Shown here in pieces: positions 19,807 through 28,445 of a stretch of DNA of 64,000 nt. The position numbers were made by a program, and so were the translations under genes. Below the pieces are notes generated by a model. That model did not search any database. It worked only from the letters and a program-made list of their open reading frames with translations, and was not told the DNA's origin. The DNA comes from Cenarchaeum sp. (GTDB lineage Archaea; Thermoproteota; Nitrososphaeria; Nitrososphaerales; Nitrosopumilaceae). Position 1 is the first letter of the stretch, and each line of letters starts with the position of its first letter. The DNA is taken from assembly GCA_965242695.1 (NCBI GenBank), contig CBDESU010000002.1:384001-448000 (forward strand), read 5' to 3'.

Positions 19807-22467
19807 TCAACTGCCCCGCCCCCCTTGTGCCGGTCCGCGGGACAGATGGGTGTGTCCGCCCTCGCCGCCGTCTGGCGTGGGCCCGCCGCCAGCGCTGCCG
19901 GCGTCGCCGTCGGCCGGCATCCGGCCGTCCGCCCCATTTTCTGGAAGGGTGTTGCCCCCCGGAGGGTCGAGCACTTGCACCTCCCGGGAGGCGGGAGGGG
20001 AGTACGCAATTGGATCGTCCAAGCTCTTCCAGAGGAAGACGGTGGCGACGCATGCTCCCGGCCAACGCGGGGTCCACGAAAACGTGTGCGTTGCATAGCC
20101 GCCTAGCCCCGCTGTCAGTGGCTGGTCCTGCAGCTCCATCGTCACCCCCTCCAAGTCGGAGACCTGCAGGATTGCCGTAAAATGGATCTCGCGTTCGGGG
20201 TTTTTTACCCTGATGGCGACCTCTGCATTGTCGCCGGCGACTAGCGCGCCCCCCGTCTTTTTGTTTGTGATGCGCATGTCGTCCACCACGAGCCTCGCAA
20301 GAGGGCTCGCCTTCTTTTTGCTTGTCGTGATTGAGGCGGCGGAGTTGATGGCGATGGAGTCGTTGCAGGCGTACGGATGCGGCAGCGTTTCGTCGATGTA
20401 CTCGGCAAAGACTACGTCGCCGTCATTGGCCTTGAGGACGAGCTGTTCTGGGAGCGATCGATCTTCGCTGGTGGTAAACTGCCCCTCAAAGATGCCCGAT
20501 TCGCAGCCAGTCTCTCGTATCGGCACCCGGATGCCTTCCCGGTCGGAATGCGACCACGCCCTGACTTGAGACAGGTCTGGCCTGTCGTCGTTGAGGCTCA
20601 TGTCGCGGTCTGTGACGCGCACTGTGACTTCCTCGCCCGGCAGGTATGCGGCCTTGGAGAAGCGGATTTCCCCTATGTGCCAGCGGATCGGCGCAGCTTG
20701 GATCACTGGCCCACCAAACGCAGACGCAAAGGACACCTTCAGCTCGTCGTACGGCCCGCATGCAAGCGCGCCGTCGTGCGGCCCCGATCCCCCGGTGCGG
20801 CCGTGTTCCAAGTCATTGGAATTCTTTTTGTCTCCCATGCCGGCAACGCCCGTAAGGGACACGGTGCCCATGAATTTGCCGTTGCCCTGCCCTGCTTCGA
20901 CGAGGCGGTAGCCTTCAAGCGACCCCTCGCCGGTCGAGACGGTCAGCCAGCAGTCGCGGCGGTCGTCCCCTATTGTTGCTGGCCGGCCGCTGCCGCCGTC
21001 GGGGGCGAGATCGGGCGAAATAACGCCTATTTTCACGCGGTCAAGGCACGTGTACTCGTCTCGGTTCAGCTCAAGGACAGAGCCAAACCCCCCGACAATG
21101 ACCGATGTGGCCGCGGTTCCAGACTCGTTTGCGTACTTGATGTGGATCAGCTGGCTTGGCCCGCACGGTATGACGCCGTCTTCCGGGCCCTTGCCCCCGG
21201 CCTTGGCTACGTGCGTGCCGCCGAGCAGGGTCCTGCGCACGGAGCCGTCGTTGCGGACGGCCGCGCACCTGATCGTCCCTTGGAACACTCCGGACGATGG
21301 CTCGGTTTCCTCAAGCTGGTACTTGCCTATTCTTCCATGGGGGGACTCTATGACAAGACGCGATTTTTTCGTGTATCCCACGTGTCCCTTCTTTGAGCTG
21401 CTCGTGTCCGCGGTTGGGTCCATGACGGTTACGAGAATGTCGCTGTCCATGAGGTATATCGACTTGTCGGTTTCTATGTCGGGGGGGATCTCGTCAACGG
21501 CAAACACGGCCTCGGCGGCCAGGCCGCCGCACACAGCCTGGGCAATGTACTCTTTTCCCACTGCCATGCCACTTGGCCTTACGTCCACCACGGTGACATT
21601 CGGGCCAGGTTGGCCCGTCTCAGGCACGGGCGCCCTCTCGGTTGTTTTGGCCAGAGTTGCTAGGTTTTCATCCAGTATGGCAACGGTGACTTTCTTGCCG
21701 GGAAACGGTCCGTCGAACGCCACCGACGCGCGTACTGTCGCGTTGGGGGGGTAGAGCGCTTGGTCTAGCCTGATCTCAAAGGGGCCCGAGCTGCCCGACG
21801 CTGCGGCTGTCGGGAAGAGCGGCGAAGTGGCATGCGGGGCGGCGTTGAGGCGGCGGTCGAGCCTGAGCAGTACGGGGCCCAGCATGTCCGCCGCGCGCTG
21901 GTACCGGCCGGTGTCGACCGTCCTGCCGTCCTCGTCCACATGGATCGCATCCCCAAGCTGGTCGACTGCCTCCGTAATGGCATCGTACGTGTAGTCGTCG
22001 ATGTAGTCCATCCCGTCCAGATCGCGCCTTACCCTGCCGACAGATGCCTTGATGCGGTCGTCCAAGGAGACAAGGCCGTCCCAGAATTGCGGCCATTGAT
22101 TGGGGTGCGTTTCGGTTGATTTGCTGCCCGCCTCAACCAGCGTTAGGCAGTCGCTTTTCACGGCATTCATGTCGGAGCACAGGGCGCGGCTTTTACGCAG
22201 CTTTTTTGCCTGCTTTGCCTTTTCGTTGCGCTCTAGCATCGACCAGACTTTTGCCAGGTGGCCCCGTATCGACCGATCGTTTTTTTGGGAGTAGAGAAAG
22301 ACGATCGCGGCAAGGTAGGCGGCAAGAATCACTTCTGCAAAGAATATTACCCTGTCGCCAAATTCGAACTTTGGGTCTGCTAGGAGCACCCGGTCTACTA
22401 GGAGCATGGCGACGATCGGGCAGCCACAAATTGCGACAAGCAGGAGTGCGCCTCGAAGGCTAGCCAT
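19807..22467 (-). CDS. Membrane-anchored protein with thaumarchaeal S-layer-like Ig/beta-sandwich repeats
   Basis: Two N-terminal hydrophobic helices; repeated modules (TDKSIY..DSDILVTVMDP, ETEPSSGVFQG, VRVTDRDMSLN, ETGCESGIFEG); C-terminal SWTP...VFLWKSLDDPIAYSP resembling Nitrosopumilus-type S-layer proteins. Confidence 0.75.
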   Translation of the reverse strand: MASLRGALLLVAICGCPIVAMLLVDRVLLADPKFEFGDRVIFFAEVILAAYLAAIVFLYSQKNDRSIRGHLAKVWSMLERNEKAKQAKKLRKSRALCSDMNAVKSDCLTLVEAGSKSTETHPNQWPQFWDGLVSLDDRIKASVGRVRRDLDGMDYIDDYTYDAITEAVDQLGDAIHVDEDGRTVDTGRYQRAADMLGPVLLRLDRRLNAAPHATSPLFPTAAASGSSGPFEIRLDQALYPPNATVRASVAFDGPFPGKKVTVAILDENLATLAKTTERAPVPETGQPGPNVTVVDVRPSGMAVGKEYIAQAVCGGLAAEAVFAVDEIPPDIETDKSIYLMDSDILVTVMDPTADTSSSKKGHVGYTKKSRLVIESPHGRIGKYQLEETEPSSGVFQGTIRCAAVRNDGSVRRTLLGGTHVAKAGGKGPEDGVIPCGPSQLIHIKYANESGTAATSVIVGGFGSVLELNRDEYTCLDRVKIGVISPDLAPDGGSGRPATIGDDRRDCWLTVSTGEGSLEGYRLVEAGQGNGKFMGTVSLTGVAGMGDKKNSNDLEHGRTGGSGPHDGALACGPYDELKVSFASAFGGPVIQAAPIRWHIGEIRFSKAAYLPGEEVTVRVTDRDMSLNDDRPDLSQVRAWSHSDREGIRVPIRETGCESGIFEGQFTTSEDRSLPEQLVLKANDGDVVFAEYIDETLPHPYACNDSIAINSAASITTSKKKASPLARLVVDDMRITNKKTGGALVAGDNAEVAIRVKNPEREIHFTAILQVSDLEGVTMELQDQPLTAGLGGYATHTFSWTPRWPGACVATVFLWKSLDDPIAYSPPASREVQVLDPPGGNTLPENGADGRMPADGDAGSAGGGPTPDGGEGGHTHLSRGPAQGGRGS

Positions 22468-23412
22468 CAGAGAGTCACCCTGCCATGCACGCTAGGGGGT
22501 TCATGCGACTTCCACGCCCTTGCCAGCCTAGCGGTTGAGCGTGCGGAGTGTTCGTGCCGCCGGCATCTGCCGGCTTGTCTACAGTTTGTGTCTGGCGCAC
22601 AGCAAGGGAGGGGGGCGGGGGCAGGATGCAGGCCGGCCAGACTGCTCGCCTGGCGGGACGACGTGGTGCGGCCGCGCTCGCCTGTAGCCGAGGGCGCCAA
22701 ACCTGCCCCCCGTCCTGCCTGTCTAGTGGCCGTGCTCCATGCCCTGCCGCGCAAGCCAACATGATCCGTGTCGCCCGGCGGCGCCAAGAGGGATGCCGAG
22801 GGGCAGGTTCCCAGGACGGCCGCGCGCCGGGCGATCGCCGTTCCCACTGGGCCGTGTCTAGGGACGGCGACCGCGCCGGCCTCCGGAATGCCGTTTTTCG
22901 CCGGGACAGGCAACGGCACCTTCCCGGCTAGAGACGTGAGCGCGCGGGCGGACGGGGCGCCGCCGCCCGTATGGCGCCTTTTGATGCCTGTCTTGACGGA
23001 TGCCTCCGGGCCGCCGACGTGGAGGCCCGCGGAACGCACGGCGTCCGTGCGGATGCGCGGCGCAATCCAACCGCCGGACTCGTGTACGGGCGCCGTTGCC
23101 GGCAGGAATGCCGCCGGAATTTGGATGTCGGGCGCAGGGCGATCGCCTTGTGCCGCGGCGTAGCGGCCGGCCTCCCGGGCGGCATGCAAGCCCTGGCCGA
23201 GTAGGGTCGCGCCCCTAGCCGGCACCGGCGGGCTAGGCAACGTGACAGGGAGCCAATGGCATCCGCGTCGTAGCACAGGGGGCGGGGGCACTGGCCGCGG
23301 CCCCGGCGGAACGGCGGCCGCCGCACGCCCACGCAGGGGCGCCCGTAGCCGGCCAAGGGGGGCGGCGCGACAAGTCAAGCCCCGCTCGCCTCCCCGCCGA
23401 GCCCGCGCAGAC

Positions 23413-23531
23413 GTGAGATCGGCCAGGCGCCGGCCCGACATGCCTGGGATCGCCTCGCATGTGAACGAGTGGATGTGGATCGCGTCGTGCGTCATCAGGG
23501 CCATGTTGTCTAGGTCCTTCGCCTCGCTCAT
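23413..23531 (-). pseudogene. Diverged duplicate of the 3' end of the 25628-27865 ATPase gene
   Basis: KDLDNMALMTHDAIHIHSFTCEAIPGMSGRRLADL versus KTLDDVALMTPEAIHINSFMYEPILDMPGQHLVDL. Confidence 0.75.
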
Positions 23532-23734
23532 GCCGCCCCCCTCTCCGCTACCACGCCTGCAAGGATACGGATCGCGGTGGAGCAGGGGGGCCACAGGGCT
23601 CTCGGCAGGGCGGCGGGCGCCTGGGTCGGGGAGATGTGGGACGCGACCGCGGATCGGCGCGCACGGGACGGCCATCTGGCCAGCCGCCCCAAGTCCATAG
23701 CGCATCATGCCGCACTTGGGCATCTTACGGCGAT

Positions 23735-25528
23735 TCAACATTCGTGCACCTCGCGATGATCCGGCAGTAGGCTTACGATGTACTCGACCAGATCCTTAAA
23801 TCCGGCGAACTGTTCTCGGGTCGGATTGGACGTCATCCTGGCTCTGAATACCGCCTTCCGGTCTGTGTCGAAGGACGTCTCCACGGGGCGGTTGGGACGG
23901 TCAAGGTGCGAAAGTTCTGCGTTCGTAAAGCACGCTGCGGTAAACAGGGACTCTATCCCCCTCTTCGCCCTGCTGTTTTGGTTGCTGGCAAGCACGAACG
24001 GGTATGTGTTGTTGGACGGGGTCAACTTCACCCCCTTGGAGCTATAGTCAGGATCCCAGACTACCACAATTGGTGTCTTGTGGTTGGCACGGGAGAAAAA
24101 CTCAAAGAGCGTCCTGAGCTGTCCGTCGCCGCTGTTGGCGCGGATTTTGTCGTACACGTCGATCTTGTCGGCGTCGTCGGGCGCGAAGAGCCTGATCGCC
24201 GCCTCAATGTACGCTACGTTGTCCCCCTCGGAGACGACTATGAGCTGCCTCGAGGTCAGCTGGTCGAGGAGGTGCAGCCCCTCGTCAAGAGTCATGTATC
24301 CTTCGGTCAGTACTGCGACAGCCTTGTTTTTTGGTGACTTGACGATCCGGTCCTCACCTTCGGGGTGGACCAGGTATGTGCAATCATCTGGCGCCAGCGC
24401 TACCGTGGTCGGCGAGTGGGTGGCCAGAACAACCCTAGTGCCCTTTTTGTTCAGCACGCCCGTGATTACCCGCAGTAGGTTTTTTATCATGGAGGGATGC
24501 AATGTGGCGTCAACCTCGTCGAGCAGCAGTAGCTTGGGAAAGACGGACTCTGACTCGGCCTTGAACATGCACAGCGCCAGCATGAGCAGGACTTTTTCGC
24601 CCGACGAGAGGCTGTCGTAGTCGATCTCTATGTTTTTCTCGGCGTTTCTCATCTGGGGCCTGAACGATCGCGATCCGTACGCGACGTCGCGGGATGTGAG
24701 CGGGGGAGGAAACGTGACGGAGTACCTGCCTCCCGTGTACGCCGCAAGGAACTGGTTGATTATTTCCCATGGAGGTATCGTTTTGTTACCGGTTCGGCCA
24801 TCGGGTTGGCCCGGCTCGTGCTGCTCGGGGGCGGGGTCTGTGCCGTGGCGGCGCTCGTCCGTGTCAACGTACTCGGTTAGCCTATAGTTCATGAATACGG
24901 ATCCAAGCTGCGCGGGAAGGAAGTCTTCCTTTAGCACAGTCGCATCGTAGTCGTGGACAAAGCGGGACTTGTCGATCTCGTCTATGAATATGTCAAGTTT
25001 TTCAGCAAGTCGTCGTGTGTTTTCGGCCCGGAGATCGTTTTTTAGGTCATCGCTGGAAAAGATCTTGTGGAATCTATCCTTGTATTCGATAAATTTTGCA
25101 GCAAGGGATTCGTCCATGAAGTCTGTCGCCTCCACCTGCATGACGGGCTTTGAGTCGTAGGCCGCCAGATCTTTGATAAAAGTTTTTTCGGCCTTTGTCA
25201 AGTATTGATCGGCCAGACCGGCCAGAATCTTGATGTTGTATATCGTGTTTTGGTTCTTGCCACCAAATACAGACCACGCGTTGTTCTTTTCTTCGGTGAT
25301 CTTACGAGTCTCGTACTCTGCCTCGTTTTCGATCGTAAAGGCAATCAAGTCAAACAGGACTATATCACGGGTGTCGATCGAGTCGATTCTACAGGATCCA
25401 CGCTTTATCGACTCTAGCAGGTGGGTTTTCCCCGAGCCGTTCTTGCCGGTGATGATGCTAAACTGCTCCAGATCCACGGGGTTGAATCGCCCGATGGACT
25501 TGTACTCGCAGTCAAACTCTAGCTTCAT
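23735..25528 (-). CDS. ABC ATPase (AAA_15/AAA_21-like) with C-terminal TOPRIM-like domain (OLD-like)
   Basis: GKNGSGKT, LSSGEK, LLLLDEVDATLHP, ATHSP, IVVSEGDN, VVVWDPD. Confidence 0.82.
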   Translation of the reverse strand: MKLEFDCEYKSIGRFNPVDLEQFSIITGKNGSGKTHLLESIKRGSCRIDSIDTRDIVLFDLIAFTIENEAEYETRKITEEKNNAWSVFGGKNQNTIYNIKILAGLADQYLTKAEKTFIKDLAAYDSKPVMQVEATDFMDESLAAKFIEYKDRFHKIFSSDDLKNDLRAENTRRLAEKLDIFIDEIDKSRFVHDYDATVLKEDFLPAQLGSVFMNYRLTEYVDTDERRHGTDPAPEQHEPGQPDGRTGNKTIPPWEIINQFLAAYTGGRYSVTFPPPLTSRDVAYGSRSFRPQMRNAEKNIEIDYDSLSSGEKVLLMLALCMFKAESESVFPKLLLLDEVDATLHPSMIKNLLRVITGVLNKKGTRVVLATHSPTTVALAPDDCTYLVHPEGEDRIVKSPKNKAVAVLTEGYMTLDEGLHLLDQLTSRQLIVVSEGDNVAYIEAAIRLFAPDDADKIDVYDKIRANSGDGQLRTLFEFFSRANHKTPIVVVWDPDYSSKGVKLTPSNNTYPFVLASNQNSRAKRGIESLFTAACFTNAELSHLDRPNRPVETSFDTDRKAVFRARMTSNPTREQFAGFKDLVEYIVSLLPDHREVHEC

Positions 25529-25627
25529 ATCAAGCCACCGCCCCTTGCCCTGCCGGGGCATGCGCGCAAGGCGACCGTGCGCAGTCGGAAGAGTGGTCGC
25601 ATCCGGCGGAGGAACAGGTATGTCCGG

Positions 25628-27865
25628 TCATGCCCCGCCCGCCTCCCCGCCGAGCCCGTTCACAGACTTGTAGAGATCGACCAGGTGCTGGCCGGGCATG
25701 TCCAGTATCGGCTCGTACATGAACGAGTTGATGTGGATCGCCTCGGGCGTCATCAAGGCCACGTCGTCGAGTGTCTTCAGCTCCCTGTCCTCTTGCTTGT
25801 TCAGGGAACGCCCCTCGGCCCTCGCCTTTTCTTTCAGCGCCTTGCTGTGCTCGTCTATCCAGTCGTGGATGTTGATCTTGTCGTCCACCGGCGGGGCGCG
25901 CCCGCCCAGCAGCCGGTTCGCAAGGTGGCGCTCGGCAAGGAGGCGCGTGGCTACCGAGAGGATGATCTTTTCCTTGAGCGCGCCCTCTGTGTGCGCCCGC
26001 GAGCACCTGTCGGCCTCGCTGATGATCATGTCAAAGACCCTGCCGGCTTCGGGGCTCGCACCCGTGTCGGGCAATTCGGCCTTGGGAAACGTCTTGTCAA
26101 GGATATCCAAGAGCTCTCCGACGGTGATCCGGTCCGTCCCCTCCCGCCAGTGCAGGAGGCGTGTAAGCGCTAGGTAGCGGGGATGCTTTGTGCCGCGGGT
26201 GTACTCTATGATGTTCCTTGCAAATGCAATGGATGCGATCAGGTTGGCCGGCTTTGCCAGGTCTCCTATGAACTCGTCCAGCGGGTTGTCGTGAATTTTG
26301 GGCCGCACCAGGGCCGTTTCGCTGTCCGTTTTGTCGACAAGGAAGATCCGCTTGCCGCCTACGATGCCCCGGCTCCTGATGGTCCTGAGAAAGTCGAAGT
26401 TGTGCGTGAGTATGACCATGTGGAATCCGGGGCGGTCGAGCACCTCCTTGAGGTAGTGCACTATGGCGTACTTGTTCTTGTAGTCGAACGAGTCGACTAG
26501 GTCGTCGATGACGACCACGGCCTCCTTGCCGGAGTCGATCTGCTTGCGCACCTCGAAGAGCATGTTCAGTATGTAGAGGGCGCGCCTCTCGCCGTCGCTG
26601 AGGGTCGTCTTGAGCAGCCCGCGCTTTACCACTTTGTCCCCGCCCGCGCCCCTGTACGTAAATACGGGGACGGGCACGCTGATGCCGAGCAGTGCCTCGG
26701 CCTGGTTGGCTATCCCCACGCTGAACGGGACGTAGAACCGGCGCATGAACTCTGCCACGATGGAATTCCACGCGGGCCGCTCGGACTCCGCCTCCTCTAC
26801 GATCTCGTCGAGTCGGGCCTTGCCCTGCTCGTACTTTTCGCGCACGTCAGCGACAAGGCCTTGCTCCAGGGCCAGGTAGGACGACCACAGGCGCCTCTTG
26901 AGGGCGGCGGTGTCGTCCAGAAGCGGGATCAGCCACTGGTTTTCGGCCAATAAGACGCGGAACGCGTTGAGGCCCACGGTGCGAGCCAGCATCTTTTCCA
27001 TGTCCTTCCAGTCCTGGTCGAGCTCCTTTTTGAGCTCCTTCTTTTGGTTTTCAATGATTTCGGTGTACTTTTTCACGGTCCTGGCCTCTTCGGGGTCTCC
27101 CTTGTGCCCCTTCTTTGGGTTGAAGACGACCGTGTGCTCTGCGTCAAAAAACCCCGACTTGTCCAAGGCGCTTTGGACGCCGCCCGCGGCGTGGTGGTCG
27201 AACCTGCCCTTTAGGAACTTGGACTTACTGACAAGCTTTTCATATCTCTTCATGTACTGCTCTATGAGCCTTTTGAATTTGGGGTTCTTCAGCAGGTTTT
27301 CGGTGTCGCCGTTGAACACCTGGCTGTATTTTACGTTCTTAAGATCTTCTGGCCCTTCATGTTCCACGGCATCACCGGAGCGGGACAGGAAGAGCTGGTA
27401 TATGTGGTCGTCTGGCCGGCCGCCCATGCCAAAGTCGGCGAGCATAGTGGAGGGGATGCTGCCCTTGACCACGCCGGACAGCTTGTTCAGGCGCCGCACT
27501 AGGTGTCCAAGGTCGTCGCGCATCCCCGCTATGATGGAGTTGTACTCGGTGCGAAGCCTGTTGTTTACCAGGATTCCAGCCGAAGTCTGGGCCTCGTCCT
27601 TTTCGTCGGCCGGATCGAACACCAGGATGGAGTCTGGCTCGATCGGCTTGCCGTCGCACAATATCTGGTACTGGCCGGGCACGTCGTATATGCGATCGCT
27701 CGGGATGGCGCCGCCCTTTGCGTCCTTGAACACGCGCGCTAGCGACGACTTCATGGTGCCGTTGGAGGCGTAGACGGCGGCGTTCCTGCCCTTTGAAAAG
27801 TCTAGTACGGCCTCTAGGCGGCGTATGCCGTAGCAGTTCTCGAGGCTCAGCTTTAGCTGGTTCAT
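25628..27865 (-). CDS. SMC/ABC-type ATPase with coiled-coil insert (RloC/PrrC-like, AAA_13-like)
   Basis: LENCYGI, YASNGTMKSS, LSDGERRA, VVIDDLVDSFD, LTHNFDF. The C-terminal helical domain ending TPEAIHINSF is a possible HEPN-like effector. No zinc-hook CxxC seen. Confidence 0.75.
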   Translation of the reverse strand: MNQLKLSLENCYGIRRLEAVLDFSKGRNAAVYASNGTMKSSLARVFKDAKGGAIPSDRIYDVPGQYQILCDGKPIEPDSILVFDPADEKDEAQTSAGILVNNRLRTEYNSIIAGMRDDLGHLVRRLNKLSGVVKGSIPSTMLADFGMGGRPDDHIYQLFLSRSGDAVEHEGPEDLKNVKYSQVFNGDTENLLKNPKFKRLIEQYMKRYEKLVSKSKFLKGRFDHHAAGGVQSALDKSGFFDAEHTVVFNPKKGHKGDPEEARTVKKYTEIIENQKKELKKELDQDWKDMEKMLARTVGLNAFRVLLAENQWLIPLLDDTAALKRRLWSSYLALEQGLVADVREKYEQGKARLDEIVEEAESERPAWNSIVAEFMRRFYVPFSVGIANQAEALLGISVPVPVFTYRGAGGDKVVKRGLLKTTLSDGERRALYILNMLFEVRKQIDSGKEAVVVIDDLVDSFDYKNKYAIVHYLKEVLDRPGFHMVILTHNFDFLRTIRSRGIVGGKRIFLVDKTDSETALVRPKIHDNPLDEFIGDLAKPANLIASIAFARNIIEYTRGTKHPRYLALTRLLHWREGTDRITVGELLDILDKTFPKAELPDTGASPEAGRVFDMIISEADRCSRAHTEGALKEKIILSVATRLLAERHLANRLLGGRAPPVDDKINIHDWIDEHSKALKEKARAEGRSLNKQEDRELKTLDDVALMTPEAIHINSFMYEPILDMPGQHLVDLYKSVNGLGGEAGGA

Positions 27866-28445
27866 GCGCAGGCAGCCTCCGTGGGGCGGGCGGCGGGAGG
27901 GTGCGCCCGATCAGGCCTGCGAGCACGGGACTCCGTCCTGATGCTGGGGGTGTGGTAGGACGGCAGGACGGCAGGGCTGTGGGCCCGGCAGGGGCTGTGT
28001 CTAGAAGGGGGACCGGCGGCATGCGTGGCCCGGCCAAGGAGCCTAAGCGCCCTTTGCCCGCCCTGCCGCCCCCGCCCGACAACGGAAGGCATCCTTGCAC
28101 CGCGCGCATCAAGCACCGAAAGCTCGGCATGTAGGAGCCTGTGTGCCGCCCTGCGGCCGATGCTAGGCGGCGACGTTGTGGCCACGCCGCGGCAGGGGCC
28201 TGCGGGATCCGCCGGCGGCCCTTGGACGGCGGCGGGTGTGCCTCCTGCCTTACGCCTTGGCCAACCCGCCGGCCCGCGCAGGGTGCACACTCCAGTGCGG
28301 CAGCCGCCGCTTGGGGTCGGCTTTCCGTCCCAGACACGCATGCGGCCGGGCAGGCCGTGCGCAGCGGTGTTTTTTGCACCAAGGGGGGCCAGTAGGATGC
28401 CGTCTACGCACAGCAGAAGGGGGCCCGGACGCCTTGTACTGCACA

